From: Podarcis pityusensis
Taxonomy: Eukaryota
Length of the DNA stretch: 64,000 nt
Assembly (NCBI GenBank): GCA_964106645.2
Contig: OZ067043.1
Reading direction: 5' to 3' (one strand)
Shown here: positions 62,683 through 64,000 of the stretch, piece by piece
Layout: the number at the start of each line of letters is the position of its first letter
How positions within the stretch are numbered: position 1 is the first letter of the stretch
Notes under the pieces: model-generated
Database searches by the model: none
Told to the model about the DNA's origin: nothing
What the model saw: only the letters and a program-made list of their open reading frames with translations
Program-made: the position numbers and the translations under genes

Positions 62683-62704
62683 GTGTGTGTGTGTATACTT
62701 GTGT

Positions 62705-62736
<32 letters not shown>
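62683..62736. repeat. Interrupted (TG)n microsatellite
   Basis: Direct reading. Confidence 0.9.
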
Positions 62737-62741
<5 letters not shown>

Positions 62742-63067
62742 CATGCATGTATGTATTGTAGAAAGAACTGAGTTTCTGCCCAGCTGATTATGTCATCAGG
62801 AAGCAGCAGCTGTGTTTGAGAATGTGTTCTAATAATTAAGCTTTTGGAAGTATTACCAAACCCAGGAACTGCTTTTTTGGCCAATATGAGCAAAAGCAGG
62901 TGAAGGCTGTATTACAAGGGTAACAGGGAAGGTCCTTGAGCTCAGGGTCTCCATTTGCCTGTTGCTAATCCAGGGGCTGGAATGCTGTGCTATATAGAGC
63001 ACATCAACCACCTTCCTTGCCTGCTGCCGCCACCTAGCTAACCCTTTCCTATCCCATTTGGAACCTC

Positions 63068-63362
63068 TCAGTGTAGTGTAGTGGTTAAGAGCAGTGGACT
63101 CGTAATCTGGTGAACTGGGTTCGCTTCCCCGCTCCTCCACATGCAACTGCTGGGTGACCTTGGGCTAGTCACACTTCCTTGAAGTCTCTCAGCCTCACTC
63201 ACCTCAGAGTATTTGTTGTGGGGGAGGAAGGGAAAGGAGATTGTTAGCTGCTTTGAGACTCCATAAGGGGAGTGAAAGGTGGGATATCAAGTCCAAACCC
63301 CTTCTCCTTCTCCCCTTCTCCTCCTCCTCCTCCTCCTCCTCCCCCTCCTCCTCCTCCTCCTT
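63068..63362 (+). mobile_element. tRNA-derived SINE (Squam2-like) with (TCC/TTC)n tail
   Basis: A box TGTAGTGGTTAAGAGC, B box GGGTTCGCTTCC, CORE-like GGGTGACCTTGGGCTAGTCAC, end GGGATATCAAGTCCAAAC followed by a CCT/TTC microsatellite (63300-63362). Confidence 0.85.
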
Positions 63363-63430
63363 CATATCTCTTACCGAGCCATGCTTTTCAGACTTTTCTT
63401 ACTTGCTTATTTAGATTGTACTGCTTATAC

Positions 63431-63556
63431 CAGCCTTTCTTGACCTTGGGTTCCTGGATGTGGTTGGACTACAACTCCCATCATCCCTGATCATTGGAAC
63501 TTCTAGGTAGGAATAATTGGAGTTGTAATCCCAACAACAACTGGGTTGAGAAAAGC
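63431..63556. mobile_element. Palindromic hAT-like MITE
   Basis: CAGCCTTTCTTGACC...ggactacaactcccatcatccct...ggagttgtaatcc...GGTTGAGAAAAGCC. Confidence 0.7.
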
Positions 63557-64000
63557 CAGCTTTGTACAAAGTAAAAGATAACAGAAACTGTTCCTTCTTC
63601 ATAGGCTGGAGGGTTGCTCTTGTATCCTGGCCCATTCACATTCCATAGCTGGGGAGCTCTACTCTTCTTCGCTTCCCTCAACAAGTGTGTGCAGCCTTCA
63701 GACTGAGCAGCCAACTCCAAATTCCTGCATGAGAGGTTAGACTGGAATCCCTGAGAGCAGCAGCGGCAACAGCAGCAGCTCATATCCCAGGGAATGAGCA
63801 TACCTGCTGCTGAGTGTATCAGCTGCTGTCATTCATTCCAGCTTCAGTCAACTGGCTGCTTTCCCAGAGTTTCCGTTATGGCTCCTGTTTTGTTACTAAA
63901 AAGAAAAGAAAAGTCTCTCACCCATCCACACCACCTCTTTTCCTCCAGAGTTACCACCACAGATACCCTGGCTGGGTTGAAAACTGCTTTAAAATGTCTT

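Larger units (their letters stand above)
12633..64000 (+). other. NAV1: NAV1 intron (5' part, at least 51 kb; continues past the window end)
   Basis: Starts with the GTGAGT donor. The sequence is repeat-rich and AT-richer, and I found no downstream exon encoding (D)PESQRKRTVQNVLDLRQNLEETMSSLRG by eye or in the ORF track (a short exon could be missed). Confidence 0.75.

Noticed and set aside
63272-63490. Poly-proline ORF
   Set aside because: Translation of the (CCT)n SINE tail.

Overview
Eukaryotic (vertebrate) genomic DNA, almost certainly a squamate reptile and probably a lacertid lizard, judged from a Sauria SINE with its (ACCTTT)n tail, other squamate-type tRNA SINEs, an L1 ORF2 tail and many hAT and Tc1/mariner MITEs. 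The only supportable host coding sequence is the large GC-rich 5' coding exon of neuron navigator 1 (NAV1) on the + strand (ATG 11813, donor after 12632), inside a CpG island. About 11.7 kb of upstream sequence and more than 51 kb of the following intron make up the rest; I did not find the next NAV1 exon (DPESQRKRTVQNVLDLRQNLEE...) in the window. Nearly all other ORFs in the track are chance or repeat-derived. I see no convincing novel multi-gene system. The most interesting points are (i) the NAV1 exon looks like a hybrid first/internal exon, with a strong acceptor at 11768/11769, an open in-frame extension and phase 1-1 symmetry, (ii) an overlapping out-of-frame uORF, (iii) a paired RFX X-box/E-box enhancer candidate in the intron, and (iv) several nested transposon insertions with readable target-site duplications. 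Repeat family names come from my recall of consensus sequences and need RepeatMasker/Dfam confirmation.
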